Positions 1-10,979 of a DNA stretch of 64,000 nt are shown one piece after another; position 1 is the first letter of the stretch; the number at the start of each line of letters is the position of its first letter. The stretch is from Vicugna vicugna. Taxonomy: Eukaryota. The notes under the pieces are model-generated. The model saw only the letters and a list, made by a program, of their open reading frames with translations, searched no databases and was not told the origin of the DNA. Position numbers and translations under genes: made by a program. The stretch is taken from assembly GCA_013265495.1 (NCBI GenBank), contig MU057744.1, positions 434,001 to 498,000 of the forward strand, in the 5' to 3' direction.

Positions 1-109
1 CAGGGCAGAGAAGGGGTAGGGAGGGATAAACTGGGAGTTGGGGATTTACAGATACAAATTACTATGTATATATATAAAATAATATATAAAACTACAATTT
101 TAAAAAAAC

Positions 110-337
110 AGTTAATGCCCTTGTAAGAAGAGGCCAGAGAGCTAGGTCATTCCTATTACCAACTTCTACAATAAGAAGTTGGCAGTCTACAACCCAGAAG
201 AGGGCTCACCAGAACCCAACCATGCTGGCACCTTGATCTCAGACTTGCAGCCTTCAGAACTGCAGGAAATGGATTTCTGTCGTTTATAAGCCAAGCAGTC
301 TGAGGTGCTTTGTTACAGCGGCCCAAACTCAAAGACA
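110..337 (+). mobile_element. MaLR LTR (MLT1A-like) 3' part
   Basis: ccatgctggcaccttgatctcagacttgcagccttcagaactg...tttataagcc...ttgttacagc. Confidence 0.75.
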
Positions 338-734
338 GAAAAGTGTCTACTGACCTGGTGGTGGGTAGGTAACAGGCAGTTCTGAGGAGTAGTTAGGGCA
401 GAAGGGAGGGTACTGTGAGTGGAGGAAAGAATAAAAAGGGAAAACGGTGTACAGATTCCTTCTTCAAGAAGCTTGCTTGTAAAGGATAAACTGTACTCTC
501 CCTCCTAATACAGAACAGTTTCTGTTAACATCACCAGTGCCATTCCAGTACATGCACTGCTCTATGCGCACATTTCTTATTTGTCCATACAAAATTTTTA
601 GTCAGGTTCAATTTCTATAGAACTTGGGGGACCCTGCTATTGAAGATTGTAAGTATTTTTAAATGATTATGAATTACACCAAATTTCCTGTTATTAAAGA
701 CAAGGCTAGACAGGTCCAAAGATTTTGAAATTTT

Positions 735-859
735 TAATTTTTTTTTGGAGTGGAAGGCAATTATGCTTATTTGTTTCTTTATTAATGGAGGGACTGGGGA
801 TTGAACCCAGGACCTGTGCATGCTAAGCACGCGCCCTACCACTGAGCTATCCCCTCCCC
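735..859 (-). mobile_element. tRNA-derived SINE (Vic-1-like, camelid)
   Basis: Reverse strand GGGGAGGGGATAGCTCAGTGGTAG...GGTTCAATCCCCAG (Pol III A/B boxes) plus AT-rich tail. Confidence 0.85.
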
Positions 860-2211
860 GCAAAGATAAAACATTTTAGAAATTCAGAATGGTAAAGGAA
901 AGAGCACACATTATTCAAGCCATCTTGTCAGAATCTAGTATCATAAAAGTTAAAATTCAGAAAACTTTGTCAGAGAAGAAACAGAATTAGAGCATTCTCT
1001 GCAGCTCCAGCAGACAAACTTGAGTTTGCATTTATGAGTTATGTGGCTGCGAGCGAGGACAGTCCTTAATCTCTTTAGGCCTCCTAAAGGTTCCTAATCC
1101 GTGAAATGAGATTCACAGGGCACATACTTCAGCGAGTTGTTTTGAACAGTAAAACAGAAAACACATGGGGAAAGGCTGTGAAGGCGAGCATCCCGCTCTC
1201 CGCTAGACACGAGCATGAAGGCAGCTAGGCTAACACGAGCCTTGTGCAACCTCAACCCTTGGAAAATGTATCGCAAAGATTTAGAACGTGAAATGAATTC
1301 TAACAGTTGCCTTAAAACAAACAAGCAAACAAACAAAATCCCCAAAAGGACTGGACAGAACCTAATTCAGTATTTTTTCTACTTGACAACTCAGATCCCA
1401 GTGATCCAGGCACATCCTGACCCAGGGAGAGGTCTCCCTACAAGGGAATTTAGGGACAAAAATTGCAACGTTTGGATTAGGGTCAGAGTTCAAACTCCTC
1501 CTCGCGTCTTGTCTTTTTTTTAACTAAATGAACTGTATTTCTCTGTGCCTTCCTCCCTTTCCTCTTCAGCTTGATGGAAATGCTAAAAGCAAGCCACAAC
1601 ATCAACCATATCAACTTCCGTGGGTGGCGGGCTCAGCCCTGGCGGCGTCCACCCCGCGTCAAGGCCCGGCCTCAGTGCAGAGGCCCTGCTGGCTGAGGCG
1701 CGTCCCTCGGCCAGTCTGGAGCTGGCGAAGCAACAGTCACCCGTGGCTTTGACCACAAACAAGAAGCGTCCACTGTCTTTGTAAGACTCCCTAAAATGCC
1801 CTTATTCTGGGAAATTCTACTGGCTCTCTGATGACGTTATGGACTAATTTGTTCATTGACTAATTGACATACACATTTCAGTGGCTGGAGGTGGGAGTGG
1901 GTTTGGGGAGGAGGGCTGGCGGGAGGTAGGTGCTGGAAATGACTGAGGCCATGGGAAGCGTAAAAACAAAAAAGGCTACGGCTTGCACCGTGGAGATCTC
2001 CCGTGTCGTAAAAATCTGCCTGATATTGTGGATAGTAATCCATCCTTCCTTCCTTCTTCCCTCCCTCCCTCCCTCCGTCCCTTCCACTTCCTCCTGACCT
2101 TCCGGCAGAAGGTCAGTACTAGCCTATTCACCTCCCTTCATCTCATCACACAGGCCTTTTATCACCCGACAGCATCACAAGAAGAATGCTGAGTACAACA
2201 AGATACTTCGA

Positions 2212-2440
2212 CAGAGGGAGGGACCACATTCACATAACTTTTATGACAGTATCCTGTTGCAACTGTTCTGTTTTTTTATTGGCGGTTATTCATCTCTTAC
2301 TGTGCCTAATTTATAAATTAAACTTTACCACAAGTATGTACGTATAGGAAAAAACATAGCACACGCAGGGTTTGGTACTAGCTGCGGTTTCAGCCTGCTG
2401 ACAGTGGGGGCTTGGAACACAGTCCCCCCTTGGATAATGT
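2212..2440 (+). mobile_element. Tigger-family (Tigger4/Zombi-like) DNA transposon relic
   Basis: gaccacattcacataacttttat...ctcttactgtgcctaatttataaattaaacttta...gcggtttcag...ttggaac. Confidence 0.7.
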
Positions 2441-3204
2441 ACACATTCCTCAAGTTATAAAATTCCATAACTTAACACTCTTAGAGTGCCTGGGGTTTCC
2501 GCACATAGGAAGAGATTCATTTTCACTCTTCTCTGCCCTGATTTTTTTCATCTTGTTCCTCGTTATTTATTCCATTTCTTGAGACACATTAGGAACCTTG
2601 CTTTTAGGAGATCAAAGGAAAAGGAAAACAAGTTCTTCTCCCACATTCTTGTGTTCTACTTGGGTTAAAAATCCACGCTGTCGTTATAATTGCCCAAGAT
2701 ACACTGTTAAAATTCCTCCTGAGCTTTGTGACCGACACGTGTGCCTTTGAGGTGGATTGCAGAGTGATGATTTCATAAGAAGTGAATTTCAAATGCGAGC
2801 AGGGAGGAGGGCAGGAAGGTCCCAAAATGACATTGCATGAATTCAGCGAGCGTGTCTCAGAGCTGCTCTGAGTCAGAGGAGAGGAGGATATTTTGATGTC
2901 AAAAGATAAAAGGATTATTCCAAATAGCTAATTATGCCTAGGGCTCATTATCTGCACTGGCATAAGTATTAGGGCGAGTTTCCTGGGTGACAGTCGTGCC
3001 AGGTCCTACTCTCCCACATTAAACAGTTTTTCCTTCTGGTTTATACACGATGAGGTGAATATCTCTTTCTTCCGATTAACCAGTGCTGGGGTACAAAGCC
3101 TATAATTACCTTCTGTGGGGACGGCAGTCAGATGCTCCTGCGACCTCATCAGATCTCTATGAAGTATTCGGCAGTGGAAGTGGTGTTTCTCATGAAGTCA
3201 GAAG

Positions 3205-3385
3205 ATCTGGTGTGGAATCCTAATTCTGTCACTTACTCAAATTATAACTTCAGATAAGTTACTTCATTTCACGGAGCCTCAGTTTCCCTGTCTGTAGAAT
3301 GTGAAAAAGAACGCCTACCTCATAGAACATTTGAAAAATTACATATAATAACATATGTGAAAGCACTTGGCACTAGCAGGTTCTT
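3205..3385 (+). mobile_element. MIR SINE
   Basis: aagttacttcatttcacggagcctcagtttccctgtctgtagaatg...atgtgaaagcacttggcac. Confidence 0.7.
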
Positions 3386-3411
3386 GGAAAACATTAGTTT
3401 CCTTTCTCCAG

Positions 3412-4230
3412 TGAAGACGTACAAATGGCCAACAGGCACGTGAAAAAATGCTCAGTACTGCAAACAGTCAAAGAAATGCACATCTAAGCCACAGGGAGGT
3501 GTCCCCTCACACCAGTCAGAATGGCCATCACTAAAAAGTCTACAAACGATAAATGCTAGCATGACTGCAGAAAAAAGGGAACCCTCCTACACTGTTGGTG
3601 GGAATGTAATTTGGAGCAGCCACTGTGGAGAACAGTATGGAGGTTCCTTCAAAAACTAAAAATAGACTTACCCTATGATCCAGCAATCCCACTCCTGGGT
3701 ATATATCTGGAGGAAACTCTAATTCGGAAAGACACATGCACCCCAATGTTCAAAGCAGCACTATTTACAATAGCCAAGACGTGGGAGAAACCTGAACCTC
3801 CATCAACAGATGACTGGTTAAAGAAGATGTGGTATATATACATACAGTGGAATACTACTGAGCCATAAAAAAGAATGAAATAACGTCATTTGCACCAACA
3901 TGGATGGACCTGGAAATGATCATACTAGGTGAAGTAAGTCAGACAAAGACAGATACCATATGATATCACTTATATGTGGAATCTAAAAAAATGACACAAA
4001 TGAATTTATTTACAGAACAGAAACAGACTCACAGACATAGAAAACAAAACCTGTGGTTACTGGGAGAAATGGGGGGTATGGAGGGATAATTTGGGATTTG
4101 CAGATACCAACTACTATGTGCAGAATAGATAAACAACAAGGTCCTACTGTATAGCACAGAGAACTATATTCAATACCTTGTAATAGCCTATAATGGAAAA
4201 GAAAATGAAAAGGGGAATATATATATATTC
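3412..4230 (+). mobile_element. L1 3' fragment (ORF2 C-terminus plus 3'UTR)
   Basis: ORF 3611-3868 gives [40 protein letters not shown], the L1 ORF2 C-terminus. Confidence 0.92.
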
Positions 4231-5333
4231 CCTCAGACCGTGAGGGAAGGGGACTGGGCCAGTCAGGGCCGGGCTAATCCCATGACCTTGCACCCTACGA
4301 GTGGAGGGATCAGGAGGGAGGTTCATGCAGTCCAAAGGGACAGGGTGGCATGAAAGTGTCAGGCATTTCACATTTGCAAAGCTGTGAGCAGAGTGACTGG
4401 GATGGTGATGCAGACACAGCCCAGAGGACCCTGCAGGGCAGGCAAGCTCCTTGGTCTAAAGATAACCCGATGGGGATGAGGGAAACAGCTGCTCTGCTGT
4501 CACATGTATTTATCCCGTGATGTTTACAAAGAGATCCGTGGTGACTTCGGCTTTCTGAACTGATGGACACACATGGACTCTCTTCTCTTTGTCTTGCCTC
4601 AGGGAGGACTTTAAGGCCTCTCCCTGGCCTCATTTGACTCTCCAGGAGGAGCTCTGATATGATTCAAGGGAAGAAGCGAGCTGCTGGAGAACACACGCCA
4701 AGACTCTTGGGTGAGGTGGGGAGAAGGATGGGAGGAGGGACAGAGCCACTGTCCTCGTCCCCTACCTGGACTTCTCACGAGATGCCCACGTGTTCAGAGG
4801 GACTGGGCTGGGCTGGAGTGTCTTCTGCTCAGGAGAGGCTGGGCTTCTAAAGGCACACAGGATCATGGTGAAGCTCAAGAGGAAGGAGGCTGGATGCCGA
4901 GCCCTGCCTCTGCTCCCTCCTGCACAAATGTTGACTGGAGCATCTCGCCTGTAGCCGGCAAGAGTGGACAGACTAGCGAGGCAAAGCCTAGTGGGCGGAC
5001 GGACTAATACACAAACGATCACAAAGTAACGTGATCAGCATCACGGCAAAAGTAAGCCCGGGGCGGCTGGAAGACACCAGCCCTGGGAAGCTTAAGGAAG
5101 GGTTCGCAGGGAGATGGGACTCAGATTGAGTGCAAGTTCGAGGTCACAGGAGAAAAAGGTGAAATGTTATATGGAGATCTGAAGCACAGCTCATGCAGAC
5201 CAGAAAGGAGAAAGTGACAGGACATAAACTCTAACAGGGAAAGAGAACAAGGACTCACTTATAACACTTCATGTTCACACGTCGGGTCACTTCTCATAGG
5301 GTTAACTCCTTCTCAGTCATTTAACAAATACCA

Positions 5334-5470
5334 GGGGGAGGGTACAGCTCAGTGGTAGAGCGTGTGCTTGGCATGCACGAGGTCCTGGGTTCAATCCCCA
5401 GTCCCTCTATTAAAAAAAAAAACTACCTGCCCCATTCAAAAAATAAATAAAAATAAAGTAAATAAACCTA
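5334..5470 (+). mobile_element. Vic-1-like SINE
   Basis: GGGGGAGGGTACAGCTCAGTGGTAGAG...GGTTCAATCCCCAG plus A-rich tail. Confidence 0.85.
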
Positions 5471-5479
5471 TTAAAAGAA

Positions 5480-5660
5480 CCCCACATAGTGGCTGCACTA
5501 ATTTACATTCCCACCAGCAGTGCAGGAGGGGTCCCTTTTCTCCACACCCTCTCCAGCATTTATTATTTGTAGGCTTTTTAACGATGGCCATGCTGACCAG
5601 TGTGACATGATCCCTCACTGTGGTCGTGATTTGCATTTCTCTCATAGTTAGTGATGTTGA
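5480..5660 (-). mobile_element. L1 ORF2 fragment (Cys-rich motif)
   Basis: ORF 5436-5675 contains [25 protein letters not shown]. Confidence 0.85.
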
Positions 5661-5789
5661 GAAACTCAGCACCACAGTATAACGTGCTGACTGTAATAGT
5701 AATCTTGACAGCTCCCTCCACTATGACAGATGCCTCAAGTCTTTATAGAAGGACTCTTCACAATTGTCAAGGGACAGAAGTGACCTCAC

Positions 5790-6190
5790 GTCCATCGAGG
5801 GATGACTGGATAGACAAACTGAGGTACATCCGGACAATGGAATATTATTCAGCCTAGAAACAGAAGGAAATCCTGTCCTCTGCTACAACATGGGTGAACT
5901 CTGAGCATGTTATTATGCCAAGTGAAACAAGTCACAGTAGGACAATATTATATGATTCCACTTCCGTGATGTATCTAAACCAATCAAAATCATAGATAGA
6001 AACAAAGTAAAACGGTGGTTGCCAGGGGCTGGGGCGGGGGTGGGGGAGAGGGGAGTGTAGAATTTTAGTCATGCAAAATGCAGAAGTTCTAGAGATCAGT
6101 TGTACAACAATGTGTACGTAACTAACATACTGTATTGCATACTTAAAAGTTGTTCAGAGGGTGAATTTATGTTACATGTTTTTTACCACA
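5790..6190 (+). mobile_element. Old L1 (L1MA/MB-like) 3' end
   Basis: atggaatattattcagcc...ggtggttgccaggggctggg...gttctagagatc...tgcatacttaaaa. Confidence 0.75.
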
Positions 6191-6212
6191 CACACACACA
6201 CACACACACACA
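6187..6212. repeat. (CA)n microsatellite
   Basis: Read directly. Confidence 0.9.
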
Positions 6213-6597
6213 TACTGAGCCCACCTTGCTGGGTGCAGAGTTGGGGTGGAGGTGTCTTTGATTTTCGGGAACTGCACTCCACCAGGCGGCCAGCTCAGCC
6301 TCCCAGGCCCGGGGGAAGCCCACGTGGGAAGCAGGTGGCAAACACCAAAGCGGAGGCCTTGCTCATGAGCACCCCACCTTACCGCATCACCTGCTTTCCC
6401 ACGCATCCTGGCAGCAGCCTCCACCCCAAACATGGGAAACACCTGAGGGAGGTCCTGGGCCCTTTGCTTCTTTCTCTCTCCATTTTCCACCCATCTGCTT
6501 CCTCCTGGTAAGAGGATTCTCAGCTCCTTAAGGACACCTGAGGGCCATGTGGCTGGTGAGGGTTCATGTCCCGGCCCCAAGGTCACTCAGCTTCCGT

Positions 6598-7010
6598 ACG
6601 GACAGCCTCTCTTTGACCAAACTCCACTCTGGCTCCCCTGAACTCTTTTTCACCAAGGCCTGCTCTTTGGCCTTCTTGTTGTCTCTGCATTGTCCAGTTT
6701 TTGCAAGAACCCTCCCCCCTCCTCCATATCTGATCTTCACCCCCGCAGCATCCCCAGGGGAGGTCTGGTCACCCTGGCCTGCCTTCAGCAGGAGTCCTGT
6801 TAGGCCAGTTTAGCCGGAACCCCTTTACTTACCCCTGATGGCTCCTCTTAGTAATTTCCCATCCACTGCACCCCACCCTGCTGCTTGGCTGTAAATTCCC
6901 ACTTGGCCAAGCTCTCCTCGGAGCTGAGCTGAACCTCTCTCCGACTGCAGGACCCCACGGCAGCCATCCCTACACCTGGCGTCAAGGCCCTGGAATAAAC
7001 TCCCAAGAGT
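6598..7010 (+). mobile_element. MER31-like ERV1 LTR relic
   Basis: ctctctttgaccaaactcc...caccctggcctgccttcagcagg..tcctgttagg...cttggctgtaaattcccactt...ggaataaa. Confidence 0.6.
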
Positions 7011-7145
7011 CACGAATGTTTTTTTCTCCTTAGCAGTACTCACGTGGGTTTCAAAGCACAACAACCAAGGCCCTGGAATAAACTCCCAAGAGTCACGAAT
7101 TTTTTTTCTCCTTAGCAGTACTCACGTGGGTTTCAAAGCACAACA
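6983..7145. repeat. Tandem duplication, ~81 bp x2 (period 83)
   Basis: caaggccctggaataaac...ttcaaagcacaaca at 6983 and 7066. Confidence 0.95.
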
Positions 7146-8229
7146 GCTCACGACTCTGCCGAGGACCTCCTCAGACGCTGGGTGGGGGCTGTTTCTTGTG
7201 TACAGAGCGGAGGGAGGGCTGCTCGGGGACAGTGTCACAGACACTGGTTTTGAAATGCACACGGCCATGAGCACGAGCTGCCTTAAGAGGAAAAGATTTG
7301 TATTTGTAATGGGAGCAGCTGTATTAAACTAAAACTTAAGTGGGGGATAGAGAACATGGAGGTGGGGGGTCCTCACGTGATTGTCAGTTTCCCCTCCCCA
7401 CTGTGGTGGCCGGGAGGGTCCAAACTGCAAATCAGACCGTGCCACCCCCACCGCCAAACTCTCTGTGGCTCTCTGGTGCCCTTGGCAGAAAGTTCACACT
7501 CGCTGGCTCAGTGTTGCAGGCCCCTCGTCATCACCCTCTCAGCTGCCCCTTGGCCGCATCCCCAGCTCCTTTTCCAGGGCCCTGTAGGGGCCTGCAGCCC
7601 CCAGATGCCCCCTCCTGCCCCAGACTTCTGTTTCTGCATTTGTCAGGTCCTCAGTCCGCTCTCCCTTGTTACAGCTGTTCGTCTGGCTAAGTCCTACTTA
7701 TTTTTCAAGTCTTGGCAGACATGGAGTATTTACCACGAAGCTGATGGCACTTAAGCTTCAAGGTCTGTGCCAAGTCCTTGCACCTAATTTGTAATCTGGT
7801 ATTTTCCTTTTGTGAAAGTGGGCACCCCCAGTTGTATAAGCCTTAGGTAGCATCACAGAACCTAAGTCTGTTTCTGGATCTCAGTGTAGACAATCCCACC
7901 TTCCTAACCCCTTAAAATGGGGATCTTGATCTCCATTGGGTCCACTGATCCCACGCCTGCTGGGACAGCCTTGACCATGACAGCCTGCAGACAGTCTTGG
8001 CCCTGAGACTCGTAGAGAACAGGAATGTTATCTGCCTTTTCCTTTGAGCGCAGTTTGAGTGTTAGAGACCAGAAAGGACTGAGATGAAACTACGTTATTT
8101 GATTAGGAAATATGTGCCATAAGGGTGGGCATCATAAGTCAACTGTATTTCAATATTTTAAATGGGCTTAAAGAAGAATTCAGATGACTTTGGATTAAAA
8201 AAATACTTTGTTAAAAAAAGAATAGCTTT

Positions 8230-8600
8230 ATATCTTTTTTTTTTTAGATTCCACATATACGTGATATCATATTTCTCTTTCAGATCTTATTTACAAACCA
8301 AAAATAGACTCACAGACACAGAAAACAAACTATGGCTACCAAAGGGGAACGGGCAGGGGAGGATAAGTTAGGAGTTTGGGATTAACATATATACACTGCT
8401 AAATATAAAACTGATCAACAAGGACCTACTGTACAGCACAAGGAACTGTACCCAATTTCTTGCAGGAACATAATGGAAAAGAATCTGAAAAAAATGCATG
8501 TAAGTGTAACTGAATCGCTTTGCTGTACACCTGAAACTAATGTTGTAAATCAACTACACTTCAATAAAAAACAAAAATTAAAAACACGTGAAAAAAAAAA
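8230..8600 (+). mobile_element. 5'-inverted L1 3' end
   Basis: Antisense block 8230-8281 followed by sense L1 3'UTR from ~8287 to AATAAA and A-tail. Confidence 0.8.
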
Positions 8601-9402
8601 GTGGCATCAGCTACAAAGCACTGCCGTCACCAGGGGCAGTGGTTTCCCTCATTCTGCCCGGTGGTCAGTTTATACTTAACATTGAGTTAAGTGAAGTTTA
8701 CTTTAACTTAAAAACAAAAAATAGGAATATAACAAAAATGTAAAAGCGCCAAGTAAATGGTAAGAATTTTCCAAGCACTTGGGAAGGGACAAGTCAGAGA
8801 ATTAGTCCTTGTGCACACACCTGGCCATGCTAATAACAGGTCACTTTTCTCACGGAAATACTTCACTCCGCCTGCGCCGAACAACAGGCATTAGGTGTGA
8901 ACTAAACTAACATTTCCTTCAGGCTTCAGGGGACCACATTTCCTCCCTCTCCAAGCTGTGCTTTCACAGCTGACCCAGAAGCCACCCTCCCCGGCCCGAA
9001 TCACTACAATTACCCCAGTGGTCAGCCTCACGGGGTGAAGGTGTATTTATAGCATGCAGGTGCTTTATGGTTTTCAAATGGCCAGAAAGGGCAACCATCC
9101 TATAAAGTCAAGACAGTGCCCCCTGGTTCCCTAGTAGCTTTCAAAAAAAAGTGTGGGCTGGAGGAATGAGAGTCTTTCGGTTCTCAGACTCCTCGGTTTG
9201 CCTACGGGCAGGCACTGTGATGGTGGTGCTAAGTGGGGAGGACGGACGGGAATTCAAATCCAGTCACTCAGTACTTCTCTGATCTCCGGCAAGTCCCTTC
9301 ATTCAAATTTAGCTTCCTCATCTGTATAGGAGGAGTATGTATCTGCAGAATGAGCATAATTAGGTTCGCAACACAATTGTGAGGATTAAAAAGTGAACTC
9401 CA

Positions 9403-9597
9403 GGGGTGGAGAGGTTATAGCTCAGTGGTAGAGTGTGTGCTTACCATGCACAAGGCCCTGGGTTCAATCCCCGGCACCTCCATTAAATATATACAATGTG
9501 TATGTGCGCCATATTGTACATGTGCAGTCAAGTTGTAACAATTCTACCCAATAAAACTAAGAAATAAATAAGTAAATCTAATCATCCCCCCCACCCA
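9403..9597 (+). mobile_element. Vic-1-like SINE carrying an internal ~75-bp insert
   Basis: A/B boxes; 14-bp TSD AAAAAGTGAACTCC at 9388-9401 and 9598-9611. Confidence 0.88.
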
Positions 9598-10979
9598 AAA
9601 AAGTGAACTCCTTCACTGAGTACGTGTCTTTTTTTTCAATACATTATCCACGTATAAACACTTAATGGTTTCCCTCCCTCTTTCCCTTGGTTACTGTTTC
9701 ACAGCATCTTCAGAGGGCTGGTTCGCCCTGGTCTGCAGCCTAGCTAAGGGGAAGCACTCAGGGGCACAAAAGGACTGGTCGTGACTTTCACTGCTTCACT
9801 GGGATGATGCTTATTGAGTGTCTCTCATGGACCAGGTGACAGGTGCTGAGGGTGACACCCCGGCCCTCACGGGGTTTGCGTGGTAGTGGGGGACGCATGT
9901 GGGCATCGAGTGACCACGTGCACTGATGTGAAATTGCAGCAATGACAGGTGCTGTGAGGACTGCTTCCCGGTGCATGGTGTGCACAAGGTGTGCCCCCAC
10001 CCCACCCCAGGAGATGGAGCTGAAACACAGCAGACAGGGAGCATCCTTCTGGGCCTCCATAAAAACTGGTGTCTTCTCACCACCATGAAGAGCGGAAGGA
10101 GAGGATGAGGAGGTAAATTCTATCACCCACAGCCCGTCTTCTTCTCAGGCCAAAACATGAGTTGCTCGTGTGATTTTCATTTCAAATTTGAACAGTCACC
10201 AGAACAAAACTCCTGCCGACCTTTGGTTTGCTCCCCTCCCTCGGCTCCCTGGGAGGGTGGTGGCTGACCATGCAGACTGTTGCTGAGTTCCATGGGGCCC
10301 GGTGCTCAGAATCAAAGGGAGACCAGCCGGCTCCTGTCCCAGGAGACCTAGCATGAAGCTACTCTGTGATCACCCGGGGATTCAACGTGTCAGAGCTGCA
10401 GGAAGGAGCTGGTGGGGCCACGTGGGAGCCGACAGCAAAGGAGACAGCCCCGGGGACCTCAGCATTGATCAGAGGTTTGGAAGGGGGCCCAGGACCCCCG
10501 TGGGTGGGTGCAGGGTCCAGGGAGCCACGTTTCCCTCAGTGTGTCTACGGGTCAGGCAGCCTGGGAGACTGGGTTCTGTTCATAAGACGCAACATTGCAG
10601 AGCCAGCTGGTGCCTCCGCAGCGGCTCCCTCCCCAGAGGTGGTGTCACTGTGGCCGGCCAGCCCCTCCATTCATTCCAGAAGGCAGGAGAGGTTGAGATG
10701 TCACCCGCCTCGTTTACAGAGAGGCTGGGCCAAGCGGGAAGCCCCAGGAGGATTCCCCACTGTCCGCCCCAGAGACACAGATTCCATGTGAGGCACCCAC
10801 ATACTCCATTCACAGGCCACCGTCTACACTGTGCTGACAGCCTGTGGATTGTAAGTATTCCGTATCTCAGCGTGTTGTCAAGTACACTCAAATGCCCCGC
10901 GAATGATGTTACACCCAAGCAGGAGTAAAAAGTCGAGCCAAACGGCAAAAAGGAAAAGAAAACCATAAGAGCCTCAATG

